Both the position numbers and the translations under genes were made by a program. The notes below the pieces were generated by a model. It had not been told where the DNA came from. It worked only from the letters and a program-made list of their open reading frames with translations, and did not search any database. A stretch of 64,000 nt of DNA from Verrucomicrobiales bacterium (lineage in GTDB: Bacteria > Verrucomicrobiota > Verrucomicrobiia > Limisphaerales > UBA1100): NCBI GenBank assembly GCA_038139415.1, contig JAYOSV010000003.1, positions 52,700 to 116,699 on the forward strand, in the 5' to 3' direction. Position 1 is the first letter of the stretch; every line of letters starts with the position of its first letter. This document shows, one piece after another, positions 9,165 to 19,185 of this stretch.

Positions 9165-9692
9165 TTACTTGGCTTCCACGCCCAGTTCCTTGAGCGTCTT
9201 GGCGGCGTTGGCGCCGTCCTGGCCGGCCCGCACTTTCTTGTCAACCTTCAGGATTTTGCCGTCCTTGCCGATGTAGAACGTCCATCGAAACGGCACGGGC
9301 CGCGAGTCCGTCACCACGCCGTAGGCGCGGGCGGTCTTCTTGGTGGGATCGCTCAGGATTGGGTAATCCAGCTCCAGCGACTTGGCAAAACTGATGTTGC
9401 CCTTGACGCCGATGGCCGGATCACAACTAGCAGTGAAGTAGGCGACGTTAAATTTCCTTAGTTCCTTGCCGTTCGCACGGAACGACTTGCATTGAGCTGT
9501 TCAGCCACCGGTGAACGCCTTGGGATACCAGGCGATCACCACAGCTTGTTTGCCTCGGAATTCCGAGAGCTTGTATGTTTTGCCGTCACTGCCTTGCAGT
9601 GCGAAATCCGGAGCCGCATCGCCGACCTTCAGGTCTGCCGCGTTCAGGATTCCACTGGCAAAACTCGCCATGAGAATCAGGATTTTTTTCAT
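9165..9692 (-). CDS. Peroxiredoxin (BCP/PrxQ-like), predicted selenoprotein, 175 aa, Sec at TGA 9501-9503
   Basis: [11 protein letters not shown]...[20 protein letters not shown]...ASCD...[14 protein letters not shown]...AYGV...[12 protein letters not shown]...TAA. The frame is open for 111 codons after the TGA, which replaces the peroxidatic Cys of PxxxTxxC. Confidence 0.9.
9468..9486 (-). promoter_or_regulatory. Candidate bacterial SECIS hairpin GUCGUUC-CGUGC-GAACGGC
   Basis: 7-bp stem (one G-U) at +15..+33 from UGA; loop starts at +22 and has GU at loop positions 2-3. Confidence 0.75.
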
Positions 9693-9905
9693 TTGTCTGG
9701 ATCGCCGCATCATGCGCCGTTTTGTATGACACATCGTAAGACCGTGGCCTTCGATTGCAAGGCGCTTTTATGCCGGTGCAGCGCCAGTCGGAGTCGGTTT
9801 ATAATTGCCATCTGTGTGCGCGTGGTTGAGGCAATCCGGACGGTTGGCAAGCCGCAAACTTCTTCCTCGCCATAGATTGCGGATTGGCATAAATTATTCA
9901 TCGTC

Positions 9906-11282
9906 ATGATTGACTTGTTTGGCAGCCGAGATAATGGCCGCACTCATTGCGATGGGTATTCGCGGCGGGATTTTCTGAAGATCGGCGGGATGGCCTCGGG
10001 CGGTTTATCGCTGGGCCAACTGCTGGAGGTGGAGGCCGCGCAAAAGATCGGCCGTTCCCATAAAGCGGTGATCAATATCTACCTGCCGGGCGGGCCGTCG
10101 CATTTGGATTTCTTCGATCTTAAGCCGGATGCGCCTAAGGAAATCCGCGGGGAGTTTAAGCCGATCAAGACTAACGTACCCGGCGTGGAGATTTGCGAGA
10201 TGTTTCCGCGGTTAGCCACGATGGCCGATCAGTTTTCGATTGTCCGTTCGCTGGCCGACTCGGATGGGGCGCACGATTGTTACCAATGCATGACCGGTCG
10301 GCGCCAGAGCGAGAAGCGTAATGCACCGCAGGGCGGTTGGCCAAGCTGGGGATCTTGGGTCTCCAAGCTGCAGCCCAACCGTGGCGGTGTGCCGTCGAAT
10401 GTGAGCCTGATGTATCCTACCGGCAACCGCACCTGGGGCGAGGCCGGCAAGGGCGGGTTCATTGGCGCGGCTCATACGCCGATGCAGTTGGTGCAGAAAG
10501 ATCCGCTGACCAAGCCACAGAGTCTCGTGCTGGAGGGCATTAACCTCAATCGCCTCAATGATCGCGCCAGCCTGTTGCGCGGTATTGATCAGTTCCGGCG
10601 TGATGCCGATGCCACTGGGCAGATTGGTGGGCTCGATGAGCATAATGCGCAGGCGTTAAGCATTCTCTCCAATGGCGGCTTGATGGATGCACTGGATCTC
10701 TCGAAGGAAGACCCGCGCATTGCCGAGCGGTATGGCGTAAACATTCCCAAAGACCAACGGGACGGCGCGCCGAAAATGATTCGCAATTTTCTGGTAGCCC
10801 GGCGTCTGGTGGAAGCCGGCGCCCGCGTGGTGACGCTGAACTACAGCCGCTGGGATTGGCATGGCGGCGATGGCTTGAACTTCCCACGGTCTCGCGAGGA
10901 AATGCCGCTACTCGATCAAGGCCTGTCCGCTTTGCTAACGGATCTCAAGGAACGCGGTTTGGATAAGGATGTGGCCGTCGTGATGTGGGGCGAGTTCGGC
11001 CGTACGCCGAAGATCAACAAGAGCAACAGCCGCGACCACTGGCCGCGCGCCAACTTTGCCTTCCTCGCCGGTGGCGGCATGAACCACGGCCAGATCATTG
11101 GCTCCACTGACAAGCACGGTAACGAGCCTGTTGATCGTCCGGTGAAATTTCAGGAAGTCTTTGCCACGCTCTACAATAGCCTTGGCATCGACACCGCTAC
11201 GGCAACCGTGCTCGATCCGCAGGGTCGCCCGCATTACCTCGTGGACAGCGACATCAAGCCGTTGCCGGAGTTGATCGGCTAG
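9906..11282 (+). CDS. DUF1501 domain protein with Tat signal (stand-alone subtype)
   Basis: SRRDFLK, GGPSH.D.FD.KP, ARRLVEAG, WDWH, GEFGRTP, RDHW. Confidence 0.9.
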   Translation: MIDLFGSRDNGRTHCDGYSRRDFLKIGGMASGGLSLGQLLEVEAAQKIGRSHKAVINIYLPGGPSHLDFFDLKPDAPKEIRGEFKPIKTNVPGVEICEMFPRLATMADQFSIVRSLADSDGAHDCYQCMTGRRQSEKRNAPQGGWPSWGSWVSKLQPNRGGVPSNVSLMYPTGNRTWGEAGKGGFIGAAHTPMQLVQKDPLTKPQSLVLEGINLNRLNDRASLLRGIDQFRRDADATGQIGGLDEHNAQALSILSNGGLMDALDLSKEDPRIAERYGVNIPKDQRDGAPKMIRNFLVARRLVEAGARVVTLNYSRWDWHGGDGLNFPRSREEMPLLDQGLSALLTDLKERGLDKDVAVVMWGEFGRTPKINKSNSRDHWPRANFAFLAGGGMNHGQIIGSTDKHGNEPVDRPVKFQEVFATLYNSLGIDTATATVLDPQGRPHYLVDSDIKPLPELIG

Positions 11283-11293
11283 GTCTGTTTCTC

Positions 11294-11353
11294 ACCGCAG
11301 AGATTTAGAGAGCGAAGAGGAATTTTTCTCTGTGTCCTCTGGGCCTCTATGGT
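11294..11353. repeat. Short imperfect palindromic (REP-like) element, ACC.CAGAG...CTCTG(T/G)G..CTCT.TGGT
   Basis: Purine-rich left arm, CTCTG-rich right arm; similar copy at 42115-42176. Confidence 0.6.
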
Positions 11354-11365
11354 TAAATTCCATCC

Positions 11366-12331
11366 ATGCGAATTCCTCTTTGCGTTATGGCTGTGGGCGC
11401 TGCCGTCCTCATTGGATGCCAATCCTCCCCGTCCGTGCCGGCCAATGCTGTGCATGTGTTTATCCTGGCCGGCCAATCGAATATGGAGGGACAGGGCGTG
11501 GTGGATATGGATCACCCGCGCCATTACAACGGCGGTAAAGGTAATCTGCTCCAGTCGATGGTGGCCACGCCGGAACGGTATGCGCACCTGAAGGATGCTG
11601 AGGGCAATTGGGTGGTGCGCGATGATGTGCACGTGCGGTTTCGTAACCGGCAGGGCGTGATGGCGGGCGGCTTGACGATCGGCTACACCGGATATGGCTC
11701 GATGGACAGCCGGCATCATATCGGGCCGGAACTGCAGATCGGCCATCGGTTGGGCGATGCGCTTGAGGCGCCAGTGTTACTGGTGAAAACGGCGTGGGGC
11801 GGTAAGAGTTTGTTCAAGAATTTCAGGCCGCCCAGTGCTGGCGGGGAGACGGGCGAGTTTTATACCAAGATGCTGGCGGAGGTAAACGAAGCGCTAGATG
11901 CAGTGCCGGAAGAGTTTCCTCAACTCGCCGGTCGCCCGCTGGTGGTACGCGGCTTTGTGTGGTTTCAGGGTTGGAACGACATGTACGATGAGGATGCCCG
12001 CGCGCAATACGAGGACAACCTCGTGCATCTCATCGGGGATGTGCGCGCGGAATACAACACGCCGCGTCTGCCAGTGATCATTGGTGAGCTTGGCAACGGC
12101 GGTCCGGAAGCGACCGACAAGATGCTCGCCATTCGCACCGCGCAACAGGCGGCAGCGACGCGGCCGGAGCTCCAGGGAAACGTGAAGTTCATCTCCACCA
12201 CCGCGTTTGCCCGGCCAAAGGATGAATCACCCAATGTCGGCCACGGCCATCATTGGTTTGGAAATGCGGAGAGTTATTTTCTGATCGGAGATGCGCTGGG
12301 GCAGGGCATGGTGGACCTACTGCAGCCTTGA
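11366..12331 (+). CDS. SGNH/sialate O-acetylesterase-like (SASA) protein, probable lipoprotein
   Basis: LIGC lipobox-like, VFILAGQSNM.G, GPE, KTAWGGKS, WFQGWND, HHW.GNA. Confidence 0.88.
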   Translation: MRIPLCVMAVGAAVLIGCQSSPSVPANAVHVFILAGQSNMEGQGVVDMDHPRHYNGGKGNLLQSMVATPERYAHLKDAEGNWVVRDDVHVRFRNRQGVMAGGLTIGYTGYGSMDSRHHIGPELQIGHRLGDALEAPVLLVKTAWGGKSLFKNFRPPSAGGETGEFYTKMLAEVNEALDAVPEEFPQLAGRPLVVRGFVWFQGWNDMYDEDARAQYEDNLVHLIGDVRAEYNTPRLPVIIGELGNGGPEATDKMLAIRTAQQAAATRPELQGNVKFISTTAFARPKDESPNVGHGHHWFGNAESYFLIGDALGQGMVDLLQP

Positions 12332-12334
12332 GGC

Positions 12335-13435
12335 TCATCCAACTTCCGGCGCGGCATAGGCCTTACGGTTGGCGTGAAACTCGCGGGCCAGAGCGCAGTC
12401 GTCGGCGAGGAGTTCATCCAGTTTATTGAGAATCGCCGTGTTGTCGCGGGCCTTGTGTTGGGCGAGGGCGGTGCGGTATTCGGGCAGGCGATAGAGGAAA
12501 TCCCCCACGGCTTCCCGCGTGGGTTCTGACGCGTTCTTGCCGAGCCCCATTTGCTCCAGGCAATGGCCGTTAAGCTGTTGTTCGAACTGGCCAGCCATCG
12601 GCAGGGCGAGCATGGGTTTCTTGAGCCAAAGCGCCTCGCTCATCAGGGTAAACCCGGCCGTGGCCATCACGGCTTTGCTGGAGGCAAGATCGTTCATGAA
12701 CCCCTCCTTGCTGAATGGCCTGTAATGTAGATTACCGTCCTGCGCCTCTCGGTCGTAGCCGTACACGCGAAAGGTTTCGTTGGGGAATTGTTTGAGCTGC
12801 TCAATGAAATCGTCGAAGCCAAAGCTGAGGTACACAAGGATGTGATCGCCCTCGGTGGGTTGGATTGCGAGCACTTCATCGCGTAGGATAGGCGGGAAGA
12901 AAAGCGTGCGGCGGTTGGTGGCCGCCGCCTCATAAAAGGTGATTACCAGCGACACATCCGGCCGCGGCACCATCGCGCGGATCACGCCCTTGGTTAGGCG
13001 TCGGTCGGTGTTCAGGTGGGTCGGGCCGTCGTATTGCATGTAGCGCATGCGATGTTGGTTATCGATGGTAATCAGCGGCAGATCGTTAGTGTAGGCGAGA
13101 TAAGCGGTCATCGGCTCGAAATCTGTGATCACCACGTCCGGCTGGAATTCCTCGAACAACGATTTCTTTAACCGGCGAAACGTCTTCAGTCCGGCGCTCA
13201 GTTTACCTAAATTGGTGGCCAGTGTTTTGGATTTGGATACCTTGTTATTTTCATTCGCAATCGAGAGGCCCTCGATCTCGAGGACGTCAAACTCCTCCTT
13301 GAGATTGCGATAGCCGCGATCATAGCTAGCTAGCTTGACCTCGTGCCCCTGCGCCACCAGATGCCGCGCCATTTGCTGGGAACGGGACGAATGCCCCGAA
13401 CCTTCGCCGGACAACCCATAAACAATCCGCGCCAT
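12335..13435 (-). CDS. Glycosyltransferase, MJ1255/VC2487-like GT-B family
   Basis: I.YG.SGEG.GH..R, ITDFEP, IDNQH, AGFTL.SEA...KP.LA.P..GQFEQ.LN. Confidence 0.9.
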   Translation of the reverse strand: MARIVYGLSGEGSGHSSRSQQMARHLVAQGHEVKLASYDRGYRNLKEEFDVLEIEGLSIANENNKVSKSKTLATNLGKLSAGLKTFRRLKKSLFEEFQPDVVITDFEPMTAYLAYTNDLPLITIDNQHRMRYMQYDGPTHLNTDRRLTKGVIRAMVPRPDVSLVITFYEAAATNRRTLFFPPILRDEVLAIQPTEGDHILVYLSFGFDDFIEQLKQFPNETFRVYGYDREAQDGNLHYRPFSKEGFMNDLASSKAVMATAGFTLMSEALWLKKPMLALPMAGQFEQQLNGHCLEQMGLGKNASEPTREAVGDFLYRLPEYRTALAQHKARDNTAILNKLDELLADDCALAREFHANRKAYAAPEVG

Positions 13436-13518
13436 GCCTCAGTGTGGCCTGCCGATGGCGCGCGGTCAAAAGTCATTTGTGTGACAAGCCGCCGTGAATC
13501 CGCCATACTCGCGGGCTC

Positions 13519-14931
13519 ATGAAAATGTTTCTCCAAGGTCAATGGCAGGAACGCGGGACGGTCGCTGATGTGATTCATCCCTACGATGGCGCCGTGCTCG
13601 ATACAGTGCCCGTGGGGGCTCCGGCGGATATCTCAGCGGCCCTGAACGGCCTGGAACAGGGCGCGGCGGTCATGCGCGCGTTGCCGACCCATCGTCGGGT
13701 GGAGATCCTCCGGCGCACCGCCCAACTCATGGCTGAACAACAAGAGAACCTCGCCCGCCTAATCAGCCGCGAGGAAGGCAAGGTGCTGGCCGAGGGCCGC
13801 ATTGAGGCTGGGCGCGCGATGGAGGCCCTCGATTTATCCGCCGATGCCGCGCGCGATTTGCATGGCGAAACCGTGCCGTTGGATGCCACCCCCGGCGGCG
13901 TCGGTAAACTGGGATTTACCCTGCGCGTGCCGTGCGGCATTGTGGCGGCGATTACGCCCTTCAACTTTCCGCTCAACCTCGTGGCGCACAAAATCGGGCC
14001 GGCCATTGCCGGCGGCAACGCCGTGCTCCTCAAACCCGCCAGCGATACTCCGCTCTCGGCACTGAAACTCGTGGAGCTGTTGCTCGAGGCGGGGTTGCCT
14101 GAGGAAGCCATCGCTTGTGTCACCGGCCCCGGCGGCGAACTGGGCGAGGCGATCTGTGCCGATGCGCGCGTGCGCAAAATCAGTTTCACTGGCAGCGCCG
14201 AGGTGGGCGAGGCCATTACGCGCGCGGCCGGGCTCAAGCGCGTGACCATGGAGCTTGGCTCCAATAGCCCGGTGATCGTACTGGACGACGCCGATGTGGC
14301 AAAGGTCGCCCGGACGCTGGCTGTGACCGGCTATGCGAATGCCGGTCAGGTGTGCATCTCCAGTCAGCGCGTGATCGCTACGCCGGGGGCGCATTCGGAT
14401 TTGCTGGATGCCCTGCGCACGGAGGTTCAGCAACTGGTAGCCGGCGATCCGCTGGCCGAGGGCACGCAGGTGGGGCCGCTGATCCGCGAGCGGGATGCGG
14501 CCCGCGTGGAGACTTGGCTGGGCGAGGCGGTGACGCAGGGTGCGGAACTGTTGTGCGGTGGCTCGCGCGAAGGCGCCGTGGTGCAGCCGGCATTGCTGGC
14601 GAATGTGGCGCCGGAAATGAAATTGAGCTGTGAGGAATTATTCGGGCCGGCTCTGGGCGTGACGCGGGCACCGGATGTGGAGTCCGCTATTGCTCTGGCG
14701 AACGAAACACGATTCGGCCTGAGCGCAGCGGTGTTTACTCAGGATATCGACCGCGCTATGCGGTTTGCGCGCGAGGTGGATAGCGGCAATCTACACATCA
14801 ACTTCGGCACCGCTTGGCGCGCGGAGATCATGCCCTACGGCGGCCTTAAGGACAGCGGCTTTGGCAAGGAAGGCCCCCGCTATGCCGTGCAGGAAATGAC
14901 CGAAAGCAAGATGGTGGTCATCCACGGATGA
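13519..14931 (+). CDS. NAD(P)-dependent aldehyde dehydrogenase
   Basis: ITPFNFP, KPA, FTGS, MELG (catalytic E), GQVCIS (catalytic C), EELFGP, PYGG.K.SG.GKEG. Confidence 0.95.
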   Translation: MKMFLQGQWQERGTVADVIHPYDGAVLDTVPVGAPADISAALNGLEQGAAVMRALPTHRRVEILRRTAQLMAEQQENLARLISREEGKVLAEGRIEAGRAMEALDLSADAARDLHGETVPLDATPGGVGKLGFTLRVPCGIVAAITPFNFPLNLVAHKIGPAIAGGNAVLLKPASDTPLSALKLVELLLEAGLPEEAIACVTGPGGELGEAICADARVRKISFTGSAEVGEAITRAAGLKRVTMELGSNSPVIVLDDADVAKVARTLAVTGYANAGQVCISSQRVIATPGAHSDLLDALRTEVQQLVAGDPLAEGTQVGPLIRERDAARVETWLGEAVTQGAELLCGGSREGAVVQPALLANVAPEMKLSCEELFGPALGVTRAPDVESAIALANETRFGLSAAVFTQDIDRAMRFAREVDSGNLHINFGTAWRAEIMPYGGLKDSGFGKEGPRYAVQEMTESKMVVIHG

Positions 14932-14988
14932 GCGCCCCTGTAACAATTTGCCTCGACCCAGCGTATTGATACGACACACGATCTCCGC

Positions 14989-16842
14989 ATGGAATCCCCG
15001 CCCATTCTGAAAAAGAAACGGTATCACGACCTCGACGCCCTGCGCGCGACGGCGATGTTGCTGGGCATTTTGTTGCACGGCGTGATCTCGTTTATGGGCG
15101 AAAAATACTGGCCGATTCAGGACACCCAATCGCCCTACTGGGAGGTGCCGGCCGAAATCCATGAGGTCGGAGCCGCAATCGGCATGGAATTGCCAGGAGA
15201 ATTTAGTCCATACAAATTTGTCTTCATGCAGGCCATCCACGGCTTTCGCATGCCGTTGTTCTTCGTGGTAAGCGGTTTCTTCGCCGCCATGCTGTGGCGC
15301 CAACGTGGCATGAAAGAAATGCTCAAGCACCGTGCAAAACGGATTTTGCTGCCGTTGTTTACGCTGGGAGCTGTGATGATCATTGCCACGTGGATTGCAA
15401 TGATCACCGGTGGATTGCTGGCCAACATGGGGGGGGAGACTAACAATGGAAACCCATCTGATCTGTGGAGTTCAGCGGAACAAGGGGATGTGGAGGGTAT
15501 TTACCGAGCATTGAAATCCGGAACCGATATCAATGCGAAAAACAAGGAAGGCCAATCGGCTCTGAGCTTGGCAGTGTTTTGGCGGCAGAAAGATGCGGTA
15601 AAGGCACTACTGGAGAAAGAAGCTGACATCAATTCTTCCAATGGTTCGGATCAGAATACGCCGCTGCACATGGCGACTTTCGTGGCGGATGCGGAGTTGG
15701 TGGAGCTGCTTCTGGAATACGGGGCGAATCCCCTCGCCAAAAATACTCGCAACGAAACGCCTCTCGCGGTTGTGAGGGGAGAATGGAGCAGCGAGTTGGA
15801 AGGGGTGTATAAATTTATTGGCGGTCTCACTAAGCGGGAATTTGATATGGAACGGATCAAACGGGAACGTCTCCGGGTGCGCGAGATACTGGTTAATGAC
15901 CAAAGGGTAATCAGGCAAGAAGACACGGCATCAACCGAGCCAGAGCGGACTGAGAAGAAGGAATTTCCCGGTGGTGAACAATTCAGGCAGTACTACGAAA
16001 AATTGCCTGATTGGGCCAAGCCGATCTCCTGGATCGTTGGCGGGGTGATTGGAGTAATCTGGGCGGGTTCCATGGTGCCGGCTTTCCACCATTTGTGGTT
16101 TTTGTTCTATCTGATGATCATAATTCTCCTATTCGCACTAGTGATGTGGATTGCAAAGAAATGGAAGTTCCGAACCTGGGCCGATTGGACGATCAAGATG
16201 CCGCTGTGTTTACTCTGGTTATTTCCGCTCACATTTATCGTGCAGGTTACTATGTGGCAATCGTTCGGACCGGACACGCATACTGGACCAATTCCATGGC
16301 CCCCAAAGGTATTGTACTATGCTATCTTCTTTGGGTTCGGCGCCTTGTGCCATGGCCGGGATGTCTTCGAGGAGCAATTGGGAAAATACTGGTGGTTGAG
16401 CTTTTTGATCGCCGTGCCGGTCCTGCTGATGGGCGTCGGTTTTTTGGAAACACGCAATGTTCAACTGGGCACGCAATTATCTCAGGGAAATTTTAAGCCC
16501 ATTGTCATCAGTCATTTGATTGCGAGTGCGTGTATAGTGCTGTATTGCTGGCTGGTGATCTTTGGGTTCATCGGGGTGTTCCGGCAATTTTTCTCCGGTG
16601 AAAACAAAACGATCCGGTACCTGTCGGATTCGTCCTACTGGCTCTACGTGGCGCATATGCCGCTGATGATGTTTCTGCAGGGGCTGGTGGCACCGTGGGC
16701 GATGCCGAGTCTGGTGAAATTCCTGTTGGTGTGCGGCGTGACGGTGGGTCTGCTATTGCTCATGTACGAGTATGTGATCCGGTACACGTTCGTCGGCACG
16801 ATGCTCAACGGCAAACGTACACGCGAACCGGCGGCTTCCTAG
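14989..16842 (+). CDS. Acyltransferase-3 (OpgC/MdoC-like) membrane protein with inserted ankyrin repeats
   Basis: RYHDLDALRA.AMLLG..LH, IHGFRMP.FF..SGFF, HHLWFL.YL, YLSDSSYW.Y.AH; internal ankyrin motifs (G.SAL..A, TPLH.A, LL..GA). Confidence 0.9.
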   Translation: MESPPILKKKRYHDLDALRATAMLLGILLHGVISFMGEKYWPIQDTQSPYWEVPAEIHEVGAAIGMELPGEFSPYKFVFMQAIHGFRMPLFFVVSGFFAAMLWRQRGMKEMLKHRAKRILLPLFTLGAVMIIATWIAMITGGLLANMGGETNNGNPSDLWSSAEQGDVEGIYRALKSGTDINAKNKEGQSALSLAVFWRQKDAVKALLEKEADINSSNGSDQNTPLHMATFVADAELVELLLEYGANPLAKNTRNETPLAVVRGEWSSELEGVYKFIGGLTKREFDMERIKRERLRVREILVNDQRVIRQEDTASTEPERTEKKEFPGGEQFRQYYEKLPDWAKPISWIVGGVIGVIWAGSMVPAFHHLWFLFYLMIIILLFALVMWIAKKWKFRTWADWTIKMPLCLLWLFPLTFIVQVTMWQSFGPDTHTGPIPWPPKVLYYAIFFGFGALCHGRDVFEEQLGKYWWLSFLIAVPVLLMGVGFLETRNVQLGTQLSQGNFKPIVISHLIASACIVLYCWLVIFGFIGVFRQFFSGENKTIRYLSDSSYWLYVAHMPLMMFLQGLVAPWAMPSLVKFLLVCGVTVGLLLLMYEYVIRYTFVGTMLNGKRTREPAAS

Positions 16843-16881
16843 ATTGCTTGCCTCTCCTGAGAGCACGCGGCACCCTGCGGC

Positions 16882-19128
16882 ATGCATCGTCTATTTTACT
16901 TTCTGGCCGTGATGGCATTTGCCGCGTTGGGCGCAGAAGAGTCCAAGGAAAAACCCAATCCACTCTTGTCGCTCGACCGGCTTTACGGGAAACCCGAGTT
17001 CAGCGCCAAAAGCTACGGCGTCAAGTGGTTGGAGGCAGGGCAGGGATATGTGCGGCTGGAGAAATCCAAGGCGACAAAGGAGGCGCGGGATATTGTGCGG
17101 GTGGATCCGGCGTCGGGGAAGCGAGAGATTTTGGTTGCGGCCAAGGCACTGATTCCAGAGGGGAAAAAGAAGCCGCTGGCGGTGAGTGGGTATACATTTA
17201 CAAAGGATTTGGCGAAGGTGCTCATTTACACCAACACACGCCGCGTATGGCGGGTGCATTCGCGCGGGGATTACTGGGTGCTCGACCGGGCCAGCGGCAA
17301 GTTGCATCAGCTCGGCGGCAAGGAGGCGCCGGAGGCGACGTTGATGTTTGCCAAGTTCTCGCCGGCGGACAGCAATCGCGTGGCGTATGTGCGAAACAAG
17401 AATGTGTATGTGGAGGATTTGGCGACCGGCCGGATTGAGGTGTTGACCAAGCGTTCTCGCGACACGGTGATTAACGGAACGTTCGATTGGGTTTATGAGG
17501 AGGAACTGGGTTTACGCGACGGATTCCGTTGGAGTCCTGACGGCAAACGGATCGCCTACTGGCAGATGGATGAAGAGGGCGTGAAGGAGATGCACATGAT
17601 CAACAATGTGCCGGGCAATTATCCGCAGGTGGTGACTTTTCGATATCCGAAGGTTGGTGAAACCAATGCGCGCGCGCGGGTGGGCGTGGTGTCTGCGGAC
17701 GGCGGCGAGACGACCTGGGTGCGGGTGGAGGGAGATCCGCGCAATCATTACATCGCTCGCATGGATTGGGCGGATAACTCAAAGGAGCTGTTGCTGCAAC
17801 GGCTGAACCGATTGCAAAACCGCAACGCGGTGATGATCGCTGATGCCGCCACGGGCAAGGCGCGCACGGTTTATACGGACCGCGATGAGGCGTGGATCGA
17901 GGTGCGTTTTGGCTTCACGGATTGGGTAGAGGATCAGTTCACCTACGTGAGCGAACGCGCGGGGTGGCGGCAGTTGTATCTCGTGTCCCGAGCGGGCGAG
18001 GCGAAGAAAGTGACGCGGGGGAACTTCGATATCATTCGCATGCTGAAGCTCGATGCGGCGAACGGGATCGCCTATTTTACCGCGTCCCCCAAGAACGCCA
18101 CCGAGCGGTATCTCTATCGGATTAATCTGGACGGCACGGGGTTAAAACGGTTGTCGCCGGCCAAGCAGCGTGGCTCGCACAGTTACAGTATTTCGTCCGA
18201 TGCGAAATGGGCGGTTCATACGTTTTCCAGCATTCATTCCCCGCCAGTCACACAATTGATCAAGCTGTCCACCCACGAACCCGTGCGCACGCTGGAAGAC
18301 AACGTCGCCTTACGCAAGAAAGTAGCTGCCTTGGCGCAACCGAAGCGGGAGTTTTTCCAGATCGATATCGGCGACGGCGTGAAGGTGGACGCGTATGCGG
18401 TGTTGCCGCCGAATCTGGATTGTTCCAAAAAATATCCGCTCTTCCTTTACGTGTACGGCGAGCCGGCGGGGCAGACGACTGTAAACCGTTGGTCCGGCCC
18501 GGGCGGCATTTGGCACTGGATGTTGGCGCAGCAGGGTTACGTGGTGATGAGTATCGACAACCGCGGCACCACCGCGCCACGAGGCAACGCCTGGCGCAAG
18601 AGCATTTACCGACAGGTCGGCATCCTCGCTTCCAAGGATCAGGCGGCCGCCGTACGGCAGGTGTTGAAAGATCGGCCCTACCTTGATGCCGATCGCGTGG
18701 GCGTTTGGGGCTGGAGCGGGGGTGGTTCAATGACCCTCAATGCGCTCTTCCGGTATCCCGAGCTGTATCACGCGGGCATCTCCATTGCGCCTGTGCCAAA
18801 TCAGCTGCTCTACGACACCATTTATCAGGAACGCTACATGGGCCTGCCGGACGATAACAAGGAGGGCTATAAAAACGGCTCGCCGATTACGTTCGCCAAA
18901 AATCTGAAAGGCAAGCTTCAGCTCATCCATGGCACGGCGGATGACAACGTGCATTATCAGGGTATGGCCAAGCTCGTCGACACGTTGGTGGCGCACAACA
19001 AGCCATTCGAGATGCTGGCCTACCCGAATCGGTCCCACTCTATACGCGAAGGCAAAGGCACGACGCTGCATTTGCGCACGGCGATGACGGAATTTTTACG
19101 ACGCAACCTGCCGCCGGGGCCGCGTTGA
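16882..19128 (+). CDS. Dipeptidyl-peptidase IV-like S9 serine peptidase, secreted
   Basis: NG.FDWVYEEE, GWSGGG nucleophile, YDTIYQERYMG.P, HGTADDNVH, YP.RSH. Confidence 0.95.
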   Translation: MHRLFYFLAVMAFAALGAEESKEKPNPLLSLDRLYGKPEFSAKSYGVKWLEAGQGYVRLEKSKATKEARDIVRVDPASGKREILVAAKALIPEGKKKPLAVSGYTFTKDLAKVLIYTNTRRVWRVHSRGDYWVLDRASGKLHQLGGKEAPEATLMFAKFSPADSNRVAYVRNKNVYVEDLATGRIEVLTKRSRDTVINGTFDWVYEEELGLRDGFRWSPDGKRIAYWQMDEEGVKEMHMINNVPGNYPQVVTFRYPKVGETNARARVGVVSADGGETTWVRVEGDPRNHYIARMDWADNSKELLLQRLNRLQNRNAVMIADAATGKARTVYTDRDEAWIEVRFGFTDWVEDQFTYVSERAGWRQLYLVSRAGEAKKVTRGNFDIIRMLKLDAANGIAYFTASPKNATERYLYRINLDGTGLKRLSPAKQRGSHSYSISSDAKWAVHTFSSIHSPPVTQLIKLSTHEPVRTLEDNVALRKKVAALAQPKREFFQIDIGDGVKVDAYAVLPPNLDCSKKYPLFLYVYGEPAGQTTVNRWSGPGGIWHWMLAQQGYVVMSIDNRGTTAPRGNAWRKSIYRQVGILASKDQAAAVRQVLKDRPYLDADRVGVWGWSGGGSMTLNALFRYPELYHAGISIAPVPNQLLYDTIYQERYMGLPDDNKEGYKNGSPITFAKNLKGKLQLIHGTADDNVHYQGMAKLVDTLVAHNKPFEMLAYPNRSHSIREGKGTTLHLRTAMTEFLRRNLPPGPR

Positions 19129-19185
19129 CATTTGCTTGGCAGCCGACTGGACGACTGCTAGTTTCGCGTTCCACTTGATTGATTC

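Noticed and set aside
9132..9461. Plus-strand 109-aa ORF filling the apparent gap
   Set aside because: It is the antisense shadow of the read-through half of the peroxiredoxin and runs through a terminator.
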